Source: Lachnospiraceae bacterium
Lineage (GTDB): Bacteria > Bacillota > Clostridia > Lachnospirales > Lachnospiraceae
Length of the DNA: 64,000 nucleotides
NCBI GenBank assembly: GCA_017441825.1
Contig: JAFRVD010000029.1
Location: forward strand, 20,738-84,737
Direction: 5' to 3'
Shown here: positions 28,886 to 37,723 of the stretch, piece after piece
Position numbering within the stretch: position 1 is the stretch's first letter
How the letters are laid out: the number at the start of each line of letters is the position of its first letter
Made by a program: the position numbers and the translations under genes
Notes under the pieces: generated by a model
Seen by the model: the letters and a program-made list of their open reading frames with translations, nothing else
Told to the model about the DNA's origin: nothing
Database searches by the model: none

Positions 28886-30112
28886 ATGAAAAACGACCGG
28901 CCTCGATCCGCACCACGTGAAATAACCGCCGGCTGTCCCGTTTCCGGGCGCTGCGGCGGCTGTACATATGCAGGGGTTCCTTACACGGAGCAGCTTGAGA
29001 AAAAGCAGGAATACGCGGCCTCTCTTCTCGGGGAGCTTGCCAAAATTGAACCGATCCTCGCGATGGACGACCCTCTTTACTACAGGAACAAGGTCCACCA
29101 CGTCATGACGCGCGACAAACAGGGGAATATCCTGTCCGGAAGCTACGCCCTTGGGACACACCGCGTGATCCCGACGGACAGCTGCCTTTTAGAGGACGTC
29201 ACCTGCCGGAGGATCATGCTGACGCTCAGGAAGCTTGTGAAGTCGTTTAAGATCACAGTCTACAACGAAACCAGCGGGTACGGGCTTCTCCGGCATGTGC
29301 TTCTCAGGCGGGGGTATTACACCGGCGAGGTCCTGGTGGTGCTCGTGGTGACGTCGCCGGTCTTTCCGGGGAAGAACAACTTCGCGAAGGCGCTCCGGGC
29401 GGAGCACCCGGAGGTTGCCTCCGTGGTCCTTAACATCAACGACCGGGAGACCAGCATGGTTCTTGGCCCGCGAAACATTACGGTTTACGGGCCGGGCTTC
29501 ATCAAGGACCGGCTGATGGGCCTCACGTTCCGGATCTCGCCCTCCTCGTTCTACCAGGTGAACCCGGTCCAGGCGGAAAGCCTTTACCGGACGGCCATCG
29601 AATTCGCTGAACTCAACGGAAAAGAGGAGCTTCTTGACGCGTACTGCGGTACGGGCACGATCGGGCTCGCCGCGTCAAAGTACGTAAGGCATGTGACGGG
29701 AATCGAGCTGAACCCGGACGCGGTAAAGGACGCCGTCTCGAACGCCCGCGCGAACCATATCGAAAACGCGGACTTCAGAACCGGGGATGCGGGCGAATAT
29801 ATGAAGGCGCTCGCGGAGGAGACAAAGGCCGCGCAGGCAGCGTGCGGACAGCAGGGGAAGGCCGGGGTGCAGACTCCGCCGGACGTCCTCATCATGGACC
29901 CGCCGCGCTCCGGCGCCTCAGAGGCGTTCCTCTCCGCGGTGCTCCGGCTGCTGCCCGAAAAGATCGTCTACGTTTCCTGCGATCCGGAGACCCTGAAGAG
30001 AGACCTTCTGATCCTCACAAAGAAAAAATACAGGGTGACCCGCATCCGGCCCGTGGACATGTTCCCGTACACGGAGGAGCTGGAATGCGTGGCCTGCCTT
30101 GTCAGATGCTGA
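28886..30112 (+). CDS. 23S rRNA (uracil-C5)-methyltransferase, RumA/RlmD family, without a TRAM domain
   Basis: N-terminal Fe-S cysteine motif (CPVSGRCGGCTY), SAM motif DAYCGTGTIGL, DPPR(S)G, and catalytic YVSCDP. Confidence 0.85.
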   Translation: MKNDRPRSAPREITAGCPVSGRCGGCTYAGVPYTEQLEKKQEYAASLLGELAKIEPILAMDDPLYYRNKVHHVMTRDKQGNILSGSYALGTHRVIPTDSCLLEDVTCRRIMLTLRKLVKSFKITVYNETSGYGLLRHVLLRRGYYTGEVLVVLVVTSPVFPGKNNFAKALRAEHPEVASVVLNINDRETSMVLGPRNITVYGPGFIKDRLMGLTFRISPSSFYQVNPVQAESLYRTAIEFAELNGKEELLDAYCGTGTIGLAASKYVRHVTGIELNPDAVKDAVSNARANHIENADFRTGDAGEYMKALAEETKAAQAACGQQGKAGVQTPPDVLIMDPPRSGASEAFLSAVLRLLPEKIVYVSCDPETLKRDLLILTKKKYRVTRIRPVDMFPYTEELECVACLVRC

Positions 30113-30202
30113 AAAAAGCGACGCAGCGCCGTAAATATTCATGGATCAAGCCCTTTTTTGATTCAGTGAAGCCGGGATATATGGCCGAATGCGGCAGCCC
30201 GG

Positions 30203-30760
30203 TCAGATGGATTCCGACTCCGTATTGTCCTTGCAGGAGACCACGATCTCCCGGAGCTTTTCATACATCGGATAGAGCACCGGGTCGGTGTAGCGCTCCC
30301 AGGACGCGCGGTCGTCGTTCAGGAAGAATTCGCGCAATTCGGACGCGGAAATGTCTATGGACTTCGGAATGTACAGCTCTGCAATGGAGACGCCGTTCAT
30401 GCCGTCAAACCAGCTGATCCTTCTGATCTCCTTGCCGGAGATCAAAAGGTCCGGCAGCATGCCGAAGTATTTCCGGACGTTGTCGAGTACGTACTCGCCC
30501 CATCGGGAAGTGTTGCCTATAAAGATGTCCGGAAGCGGGTATACGCTCACGGAATCCTGCGGGAACACGGTTTTTAAGATGCGCTTCCGCTCTTCCCAGG
30601 TGAACGGGTTTTTGATGGTGCGGGACTCCTGCGAGGACCCTAAGAAGATACCGACCTCGTCGCAGAGATCGACGGCAGTCTGTATCATCTCCTGATGTCC
30701 CAAGTGGAGCGCCTGGAAGCGTCCTACAAGGATCCCCAGGCGGTACGGTCTCAATTGCAT
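30203..30760 (-). CDS. Nicotinamide/nicotinate-mononucleotide adenylyltransferase (NadM/NadR-type cytidylyltransferase)
   Basis: 185 aa. The N-terminal GRFQALHLGH corresponds to the (H/T)xGH motif of NadM/NadR-type NMNATs. Lies 2 nt after nadE. Confidence 0.7.
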   Translation of the reverse strand: MQLRPYRLGILVGRFQALHLGHQEMIQTAVDLCDEVGIFLGSSQESRTIKNPFTWEERKRILKTVFPQDSVSVYPLPDIFIGNTSRWGEYVLDNVRKYFGMLPDLLISGKEIRRISWFDGMNGVSIAELYIPKSIDISASELREFFLNDDRASWERYTDPVLYPMYEKLREIVVSCKDNTESESI

Positions 30761-30762
30761 AA

Positions 30763-31488
30763 CTACACCTCCGGATCGAACATCGGCATCAGCTGGAGCT
30801 TGAACAGGTTCCTCTTATGGAGCATGTCGATCCGCGCCTTCTTCTCCATGTCCCTGATCTCCCCGGTCCGGATATAGCGGTCCAGCTCCTCATAGGTAAA
30901 GCCCAGGTTGTCCTCGTCGGTCTTCCCGGACAGCCCGTCGATGGGCACCTTGTCCACCAGCTCTTCCGGAAGGCCTAAGACCCGCCCGATCGCCTTCACT
31001 TCCTGAACGGTAAGCTTCGCCATGGGGCTGAAATCGCCCGCGGCGTCGCCGTAGCGGGTGGAGTAACCGACCCAGTCCTCGGAAAGGTTGCAGGTGTTCG
31101 CGACCCGCCCGTTAAAGCACTGGGAGACCGCGTAAAGAGTGGACATACGGATCCTGGGCGGCAGGTTCGTACGCGCCTGCTCGGAAAGCTCAAAAGGCAG
31201 CGCGTTCTTAATTCCGTCCACGGCGTCCTTGATATTGACGGTATACGAACGGATCCCGAGGTGCCGGACCAGAAGCTCCGCCATGTCGATGTCCGACTGT
31301 TCGCCGTTCGGCATCAGCACGCCGATGACCCTCTCCGTCCCCAAAGCTTCCGCGCACAGCGCCGCCGTGACCGAGCTGTCTTTCCCGCCGGAAATGCCCA
31401 CCACCGCGCAGCAGCCCTTTCCGTTCTCCTCAAAAAACGCGCGGATCCATTCCACACACGCATCCTTCACCTTCTTCGCGTCAAACAT
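30763..31488 (-). CDS. nadE: NH3-dependent NAD+ synthetase
   Basis: 241 aa. PP-loop GISGGKDSS, and a C-terminal region typical of short NadE. Confidence 0.9.
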   Translation of the reverse strand: MFDAKKVKDACVEWIRAFFEENGKGCCAVVGISGGKDSSVTAALCAEALGTERVIGVLMPNGEQSDIDMAELLVRHLGIRSYTVNIKDAVDGIKNALPFELSEQARTNLPPRIRMSTLYAVSQCFNGRVANTCNLSEDWVGYSTRYGDAAGDFSPMAKLTVQEVKAIGRVLGLPEELVDKVPIDGLSGKTDEDNLGFTYEELDRYIRTGEIRDMEKKARIDMLHKRNLFKLQLMPMFDPEV

Positions 31489-31514
31489 GGCTTACTCCTT
31501 CCGTTTTATGTTTC

Positions 31515-32036
31515 TCAGACCTCTTCAGCCGTGCGTCCTGTGACCACATTAAGAAGCTCCCTTGCGACTGCGTCCGCAGCGGAGACCTTGCTTTCATGGC
31601 GTGAAACGCCCAAAGGGAGCTTCCGGAAAAACGTCCCGGAGGCGTCTTTCGTTTCGATCGCAAAATACACCTCTCCCGGCACGGATGCGTCCGGATTCGC
31701 GGGGTCGACGTTTCCGAAGGACCCTGTGATCCCAACGCCTATGTCCGTCCCGAACGCCCGCCGGCATGCGGCTGCCATGGCAGAAGCCGTCTCTTTCGAG
31801 TACACCGTATATTTTTCAATGACCTCCCGCGGAACACCCGCCCGGATCTTCGCCTCGTTCGAGTACGTCACAAAAGCCCCGGGGAGCACCGCTGATGCGC
31901 CTTCCGTATCCGTGATGAGCGACGAAAGGAAGCCCGCGGTACAGCTCTCCATGGTGGTTATGGTGAGCCCCTCTGCGATCAGGGTCTTCGTGATCTTCTC
32001 ATATGCTGCACGGACAGCTTCCTCTCCCGGTATCAT
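31515..32036 (-). CDS. pncC: Nicotinamide-nucleotide amidohydrolase (CinA C-terminal domain, PncC)
   Basis: TMESCTAGFLSS motif (family consensus TAESCTGG), and ITGSFG. ATG at 32036 follows AAGGAGAA at good spacing. The upstream GTG at 32081 has no usable RBS spacing. Confidence 0.8.
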   Translation of the reverse strand: MIPGEEAVRAAYEKITKTLIAEGLTITTMESCTAGFLSSLITDTEGASAVLPGAFVTYSNEAKIRAGVPREVIEKYTVYSKETASAMAAACRRAFGTDIGVGITGSFGNVDPANPDASVPGEVYFAIETKDASGTFFRKLPLGVSRHESKVSAADAVARELLNVVTGRTAEEV

Positions 32037-32092
32037 TCCAGTCGTTCTCCTTTTCCCGGATCCATTCCCAGCCTGCTGCACTCTCCACCGTC

Positions 32093-32764
32093 TCAGCCTT
32101 CTCCCGGGACGGCCTTTCCTCCCCTGTTCGTAAACGGGTCGAGCGGCATATTGCTTTCCATCCGTCCGTCCGGGGTATAGATCACCATGCCGCCCGCCGG
32201 GATCCCGTAACCCGTAAAGCCTTCCGCGGAAAGCTCCACTGCCTTTTTAAGCTCCGGCCAGCCCTCGTCTTCACAATGGGTGTCAAATACGGTGGGCACA
32301 AAGCCGATGCAGTCGAACAGCCATGCATTGTCAAAATCGTTGTCTTCATCGTCCCAGTGCGGCCAGGCCTTTCCCATCATGATGGTGCCCGCAGAGATGC
32401 CGATATAAAGCGCTCCTGCTTCATACTGCTCCCAGAGCGCTGCACGGACGTCCTCCGGAAGGCCCTTCATGCCGTCCTCGACCTCTCCGCCGGAAATGAA
32501 GATCACCTGCGCGTCACGGATCGCCGCCTTCGCCTTTTCCACATTTCTCTTGCGGCCGACAAGCGGCGCCAGCGTCACTTTTTCCACACCGGCGGCCAGA
32601 AGGCCTTCCTTCATCCGCTCAAAAAACATGGGATGTTCGCCGTTCGCGGTGCCAATGTAGGCGGCCGAAGCTCCTTCCATGCCGTTCTCTCTGATTACAT
32701 CCCGGATCATTTTTCCGTCATCTTCTCCATGTCCAGCAATCAGATATATATTTCTTTTTGTCAT
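32093..32764 (-). CDS. Peptidase S51-like protein (PepE/cyanophycinase family, class-I glutamine-amidotransferase-like fold)
   Basis: 223 aa. ISGGE, nucleophile-elbow-like GISAGTIMMG and FDTHCEDE, consistent with an S51 Ser-His-Glu arrangement. The motifs are degenerate, so the call is tentative. Confidence 0.55.
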   Translation of the reverse strand: MTKRNIYLIAGHGEDDGKMIRDVIRENGMEGASAAYIGTANGEHPMFFERMKEGLLAAGVEKVTLAPLVGRKRNVEKAKAAIRDAQVIFISGGEVEDGMKGLPEDVRAALWEQYEAGALYIGISAGTIMMGKAWPHWDDEDNDFDNAWLFDCIGFVPTVFDTHCEDEGWPELKKAVELSAEGFTGYGIPAGGMVIYTPDGRMESNMPLDPFTNRGGKAVPGEG

Positions 32765-32773
32765 TTCTTCTCC

Positions 32774-34084
32774 TCAGCAAAGTGACCAGTCGTCAAATTC
32801 GAATTCTGTGTGCGTTCTCCGGTATTTTCCGGCCGGTCCGGGCAGAAGCTCGTCCACGATATCCACACTGAATGTTCCTTCCGGGCCGTACAGGCGCTTC
32901 AGGCTTTCGTAGCCCGCTTCCCGCATATCGGCAGAAGCCCCGTTCCCCTGAAGCCTGAGCAGATAGGTCTTCCGGTCGATCTGGCAGACGTCGTACTCCC
33001 GGAGGCCGGGGATCCCGCATACGGCAAGGTCCGCCATGCGGGTCGTCACTAGTCTTCCGTCCGGCGTAAAGGTCGAATTTGTCACCCGCCCTTCGATGGA
33101 TTCGGCAATAAAGCCCAGGTCCCTTCCGCAGGTGCACCCGCCCCGTTTGATCCGTACGAGGTCGCCCACGTCGAACCGAAGCATCACCGCCCACGGATTC
33201 CCGAAGGTGGATACCACCATCCGCCCGAGGTCCGGTCCGCCGAATTCCTCTTTTAAGGGCAGGAATTCGATCCGGTTATACGCAAGGTTCTCATGGTACA
33301 GCCCCTTTTCACAGGTGTCCATCACAAAGGCCGTCTCCGTTGTCCCGTAGGAGCTCACGAGCGGGCTCGAAAACACCTTCCGGATGGCCGCAAGGTGGAG
33401 CTCGGACGGCAGCTCATAGGTGAACGTGATCACGTCCGGAGATACGATCTCAAGGCCGTGGTCCAGTACGTAATAGCAGAGCTTTGCGAGGAGCGACGGG
33501 TTCGCCTCGAGCACTGTCGGCCGGTAGCTGTTCAGCTCCTCGACCATCCTTTTGAAATGCGCTTCCTTCCAGCAGATAATGTTCGCTTTCTCGTTGAGGT
33601 ACAGGAGGTTTCCCATGATCCGGTGGTCAAACGGCAGGTCCTCCTCGCAGCTGATGCCCACGTTGAGGGAGCTTGCGAGAGTGGCCTGCTTTGGCGGATA
33701 GGTAAGCTTTTTAAGGTTTTCATTGAGCTCCCAGGAAGCCATTTCAGACGCGTGCCACCAGGGCTGGTTCCAGAGGTTGATCACCTTGTCGCCGGTGGTG
33801 CCGCTCGTAAAGGTGTATTCGATCTCATCGTCGTCAAGACCCTGCCGGATGCTCTTTCCGTCCGGGACCGCGCCTGCCGGGAAGTACATCCGCATATCCG
33901 CCTTCGTGAGGACGGGCATGGCCGCGAACCGTTCGTCGATGGGACAGCTCCTGCCCGGATCGTATTTCGCCCAATGCTCCCGGTAGTAGGGCACGTGGTC
34001 GAGTGCAAAGTTTAAGAGTTCTTCCGAGCGTGCATCCCTGTCCTCAGGGTACCGGAAGACCTTTTTTAAGTCCATTGCCTTCAT
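32774..34084 (-). CDS. Adenylate-forming enzyme, phenylacetate-CoA ligase/coenzyme F390 synthetase/CapK-like
   Basis: 436 aa. ANL-superfamily P-loop FTSGTTGDK, SYGTTE core motif, and a size typical of the PaaK/F390 clade. The ATG overlaps the upstream stop (ATGA). Confidence 0.7.
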   Translation of the reverse strand: MKAMDLKKVFRYPEDRDARSEELLNFALDHVPYYREHWAKYDPGRSCPIDERFAAMPVLTKADMRMYFPAGAVPDGKSIRQGLDDDEIEYTFTSGTTGDKVINLWNQPWWHASEMASWELNENLKKLTYPPKQATLASSLNVGISCEEDLPFDHRIMGNLLYLNEKANIICWKEAHFKRMVEELNSYRPTVLEANPSLLAKLCYYVLDHGLEIVSPDVITFTYELPSELHLAAIRKVFSSPLVSSYGTTETAFVMDTCEKGLYHENLAYNRIEFLPLKEEFGGPDLGRMVVSTFGNPWAVMLRFDVGDLVRIKRGGCTCGRDLGFIAESIEGRVTNSTFTPDGRLVTTRMADLAVCGIPGLREYDVCQIDRKTYLLRLQGNGASADMREAGYESLKRLYGPEGTFSVDIVDELLPGPAGKYRRTHTEFEFDDWSLC

Positions 34085-35214
34085 GTGTCACTCCTGTCTT
34101 CCGTATCGTACGGAACCCGCGGCTCAGGGTACCGGAATATCCTGCCCTGATAGTTTTCAAAAACGATCTCATGCTCGTCATGAGAGATCATGTACTGGTA
34201 GCTGAACGGCACCTTTCCGCCGCCGCCCGGCGCGTCGATCACGAACTTCGGGATCGCAAAGCCCGTAATGTTTCCCTGGAGCGCGTGGATGATATCGATC
34301 CCGGTCTGAACAGGGGTCCGGAAATGGCCGATGCCGCGTGTCAGGTCACACTGGTACAGGTAGTACGGGCGGATCCGCGCGTGGATCAGCCTGAGAAGCA
34401 GCGCTTTCATTTTCTCCGGCGTATCGTTAATGCCGCGGAGAAGGACGGACTGGTTTCCGAGCGGGATCCCCGCATCCGCGATCCTGCCGCAGGCCGCTTC
34501 GCTCTCCGGCGTGAGCTCCTGTACGTGGTTGAAATGCGTATTGATCCAGATGGGCTGGTATTTTTTCAGCATGGAGAGGAGTCCCTCATCGATCCGCATT
34601 GGGAGGACTACGGGCACTCGCGTCCCGATCCGGATAATATCGACGTGGGGGATCTCCCGGAGTCTTCTCACGATCTCTTCAAGGCGTTCCGTGGAAAGCG
34701 TCAGCGGGTCTCCGCCGGATATAAGGACGTCGCGGACCTCCTCATGATCCCGGATGTAGCCGATGGCCCGGTCCAGCGCTTCTCCCTGGATCGCGTGATC
34801 CTCTTCCCCGACGATCCTCCTCCTCGTACAGTGCCGGCAGTATTCCGCGCACTCTAACGTCACGAGGAACAGGACCCGGTCCGGATACCGGTGCGTGATG
34901 AACGGGACGGGGCTGTCCCCGGTCTCGTTTAGGGGATCCTCCCGGTCGTCCGTGTTATCAGCGAGCTCCCTGAATGAAGGGATGCTCTCGCGCCTTACCG
35001 GATCGTCCGGGTCGCTCACGTCGATCAGGGACAGATAATACGGTGTTACCGCCATCCGGAAGCGTACAAGGCACGCGTCGATCTCTTTTTTCTCTTCCGG
35101 TGACACGGGGATCCATTTTGACAACTCCTCCGCGTTCCGCACGCGGTTCCGCATCTGCCAGTGCCAGTCATTCCATTCCGGGTATTTCAGCGCCCACTCT
35201 TCTGTCTTCGTCAT
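34081..35214 (-). CDS. KamA-family radical SAM aminomutase (lysine 2,3-aminomutase-like, C-terminally short form)
   Basis: 377 aa. Near-collinear with Clostridium KamA as I recall it: WNDWHWQMRNR, AVTPYYLSLID..DP.DPVR, THRYPDRVL, radical-SAM CAEYCRHC, NTHFNH, GNQSVLLRGIND, RPYYLYQCDL, HFRTPV, and DAPGGGGK (the PLP lysine). Confidence 0.9.
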   Translation of the reverse strand: MTKTEEWALKYPEWNDWHWQMRNRVRNAEELSKWIPVSPEEKKEIDACLVRFRMAVTPYYLSLIDVSDPDDPVRRESIPSFRELADNTDDREDPLNETGDSPVPFITHRYPDRVLFLVTLECAEYCRHCTRRRIVGEEDHAIQGEALDRAIGYIRDHEEVRDVLISGGDPLTLSTERLEEIVRRLREIPHVDIIRIGTRVPVVLPMRIDEGLLSMLKKYQPIWINTHFNHVQELTPESEAACGRIADAGIPLGNQSVLLRGINDTPEKMKALLLRLIHARIRPYYLYQCDLTRGIGHFRTPVQTGIDIIHALQGNITGFAIPKFVIDAPGGGGKVPFSYQYMISHDEHEIVFENYQGRIFRYPEPRVPYDTEDRSDT

Positions 35215-35215
35215 T

Positions 35216-36241
35216 TCAGGCCTCTTTTTCTTCCGTGCGCTTCAATGCATGGAGGTAGACCGCGAACACGATGTCGTCATAGCTGTATCCTTCGGACTCC
35301 GCAGCCATCGGATAGTCGCTGTAGTCCGGCGCGAGGCCGGGCAGCGGGTTCAGCTCCAGGAAGCACGGCTCCCCGGCGCCGTTCATGCGGAAATCGATCC
35401 GCGAAACGTCCCGGCACCCGAGGACTGTAAAAAGCGTCCTCGCGGCATCCGTCATTTCCCGCTCGGCTTCCGCGGAGATCCGGGCCGGGCATTCATAGTG
35501 AACGTACTTCCTGAAATCCTTTTTGATCCTGTAGCTGTAGACGTAAAAATCTTCTTCAGTCGGCTCATGGTAGCAGATCTCCATGGGACGGAAGACGCGG
35601 ATGTCCGGCCCGTTTCCTAAAAGGCCGACTGTAAATTCACGCCCGGGAAGATATTCTTCCGCGAGCATTTTCCCGCGGTACTCGCGGAAGCACGCGGTGA
35701 GGAGCTCCGTGAATTCGTGAGCGTCCTTCGCGATGCTCCGGTCAAAGATCCCGCGGCCTGAACCCTCCGCGTTCGGCTTCAGGATCACGGGATAGGTGAG
35801 CTCTTCCGCGCGGGCAGAAAGATCGTCGTCCGGGGAGACCACGATCCCTTTCGGGACGCGGATCCCGCAGGATCCCGCAAGGCGCTTGCAGAGCTCCTTG
35901 TCAAGAGTCACTCCCATCACGGCGGCGTCGCTCCCCATGTAGGGTATATTCAGAAGTCCAAGAAGTCCGGGCACATGCGCTTCCCGGTCCCGTCCGTGCT
36001 TCCCTTCCGCAAGGTTGAACGCGAAACGGATCTCCTTTTCCTTCAGGTTCTCAGCAAGATTTTCATCAGCCTCAAGAATAACTGCCGGTACGCCGTGCCG
36101 GCGCAGGACGTCCGTGATCGCCTCTATGGTCTCCGGGCTGTCAAATTCCGCCTCGGAATCCGCGGCGCTTTCCGCATCCTCAAGCCCGCTCTTCCTGTTG
36201 CAGATCACGGCTGTCTTCGGGTATCGTCTGTCTGTCTCCAT
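35216..36241 (-). CDS. ATP-grasp ligase of the D-Ala-D-Ala-ligase-like family (non-canonical)
   Basis: 341 aa. The central and C-terminal ATP-grasp pattern is present (PVILKPNAEGSGRGI, EEYLPGREFTVGLLG, SRIDFRM...FLELNPLPG). The canonical Ddl N-terminal GGxSxEHxVS motif is absent. Confidence 0.8.
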   Translation of the reverse strand: METDRRYPKTAVICNRKSGLEDAESAADSEAEFDSPETIEAITDVLRRHGVPAVILEADENLAENLKEKEIRFAFNLAEGKHGRDREAHVPGLLGLLNIPYMGSDAAVMGVTLDKELCKRLAGSCGIRVPKGIVVSPDDDLSARAEELTYPVILKPNAEGSGRGIFDRSIAKDAHEFTELLTACFREYRGKMLAEEYLPGREFTVGLLGNGPDIRVFRPMEICYHEPTEEDFYVYSYRIKKDFRKYVHYECPARISAEAEREMTDAARTLFTVLGCRDVSRIDFRMNGAGEPCFLELNPLPGLAPDYSDYPMAAESEGYSYDDIVFAVYLHALKRTEEKEA

Positions 36242-36256
36242 GTGTTTCTGCCTTTT

Positions 36257-37048
36257 TCAGTTAGCTGTGAGTGCTGTGATCATCGACATGAGCACGTCTT
36301 TCGTAAGCGTCCCTGTGTATCCGCCTAAAATGCTTCCGTCCTTTGCGATCGCTACGGTCACCGGGATCGCGTTGATCCCGTACGTGTACGCCGCGTTGAG
36401 CTCCGTGTCGTAGTATACCGGGAAGGTGTATTCGTTGTCCGCAATGAACTCCTTCACCTTTTCCAGGGTATCCCCGCCGGTCAGGAGGTTGATCATGAGG
36501 AACTGGACCTCATCGCCGTACTCCTGTGAAAGCTCTTCAAAATGCGGAAGCTCCTGCCTGCAGGGGCCGCACCAGGTCGCCCAGAAATTCACTATGACGG
36601 GCTTCCCGAAGAATGATGAAAGGCGGATTTCATTGCCTTCTTCGTCATAAATGGTAAAGTCCGGCGCGGGCTCGGCAAGTGCATCGCCCTCCGCGTCGTT
36701 CCCGGCGAGGGCGTCTCCTTCCGCATCCATGTCGGCCATGGCGTCACCCTCCGCGTCCATGTCCGCCATCGCGTCGCCCTCCGCAGGAAGCCGTTCCTCC
36801 GTTGAAGCCTCCGATGCCTCCGTGTCCGGGGCCGCCTCAGGCTCCGAAGTTCCATCCGGAGCTGCCGTATCCGCCGGTACTTCTCCGTTATCCTGCGGCG
36901 CTGTATTCTCCGCTGAAGCCTCCGTGGACCCGCCCGAAAACCCCGGGTTCTCCGGCCTGTATTTTTCTGACAGCCACTGGTAGCCAAAATAGCCAAGCAC
37001 GAGGACCGCAAGAAGAGCGGTCACTGTCAGCACTGCTTTTTTCTTCAT
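36257..37048 (-). CDS. Membrane-anchored thiol-disulfide oxidoreductase (TlpA/ResA-like thioredoxin fold) with an acidic repeat linker
   Basis: N-terminal TM anchor, a long acidic linker, and a thioredoxin domain with [11 protein letters not shown] (CxxC). Confidence 0.85.
   Translation of the reverse strand: MKKKAVLTVTALLAVLVLGYFGYQWLSEKYRPENPGFSGGSTEASAENTAPQDNGEVPADTAAPDGTSEPEAAPDTEASEASTEERLPAEGDAMADMDAEGDAMADMDAEGDALAGNDAEGDALAEPAPDFTIYDEEGNEIRLSSFFGKPVIVNFWATWCGPCRQELPHFEELSQEYGDEVQFLMINLLTGGDTLEKVKEFIADNEYTFPVYYDTELNAAYTYGINAIPVTVAIAKDGSILGGYTGTLTKDVLMSMITALTAN
36671..36781 (-). repeat. In-frame 30-nt tandem repeat (about 4 units) encoding [10 protein letters not shown]-type decapeptides
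   Basis: Protein segment [38 protein letters not shown]. The DNA shows the matching 30-nt periodicity. Confidence 0.7.
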
Positions 37049-37060
37049 TGCATTCTCCCT

Positions 37061-37711
37061 TTACAGGATGGACAGGAACCGGTTCAAAAGCCCTGTCATC
37101 ATCAGGACGCCTATGAGGATCAGGAAGATCCCGCAAACTAAGTCGATCACTTTATAATGCTTCTTTACAAACCCGAACACACCCTTAAGCTCCGAAAGAA
37201 GGACGGCGGAAAGGATGAACGGCACGCCGAGCCCCATCGAATACACGAAAAGAAGGGTCAGGCCCTTCACGGCGCTTCCGGACTGGGACGCGAGCATGAT
37301 GGCTGAGCCTAAGAAAGCACCCACACACGGCGTCAGGCTGACCGAATAGATCATGCCGAACAGGAACGCGGAAAAGACGCCGGTGACATTGGCGCTCTTC
37401 GTCATGCCCTTTAAGAAGTTCAGGGGGATGATCCCGAGGTACGAAAGCCCGAACACGATCACTATAAGGCCCGTCACGATGTTCACCGCAGTCTGGTACT
37501 TTTTCAGCAGCATGCCGAGCGTACCGGCAAAAACCCCCAAGAGACAGAAAACAACCGTAAAGCCGGCCACAAACGCAGCCGACCTCACGGCAGTATTCTT
37601 CCTGCCGGCGTCTCCCCCGCCAAAATATGAGACGTACATGGGGAGCATCGGCAGCATGCAGGGAGAGATGAACGAGATCAGTCCCTCCAGAAAAGTGATC
37701 AGGTACTGCAA
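37061..37711 (-). CDS. ccdA: Cytochrome-c-biogenesis-type thiol-disulfide transporter CcdA (DsbD family)
   Basis: 216 aa, 6 TM. Conserved SPCMLP and LTPCVG cysteine motifs. Apparent TTG start 6 nt after AGAGAGGA. Confidence 0.85.
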   Translation of the reverse strand: MQYLITFLEGLISFISPCMLPMLPMYVSYFGGGDAGRKNTAVRSAAFVAGFTVVFCLLGVFAGTLGMLLKKYQTAVNIVTGLIVIVFGLSYLGIIPLNFLKGMTKSANVTGVFSAFLFGMIYSVSLTPCVGAFLGSAIMLASQSGSAVKGLTLLFVYSMGLGVPFILSAVLLSELKGVFGFVKKHYKVIDLVCGIFLILIGVLMMTGLLNRFLSIL

Positions 37712-37723
37712 GCAGGTCCTCTC

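Noticed and set aside
35216-36241. Housekeeping D-Ala-D-Ala ligase (ddl)
   Set aside because: It lacks the canonical N-terminal GGxSxEHxVS region of true Ddl. It is also translationally coupled to a radical-SAM aminomutase rather than to mur/fts genes. It is better treated as a Ddl-like ATP-grasp of unknown substrate. A profile search is needed to be sure.
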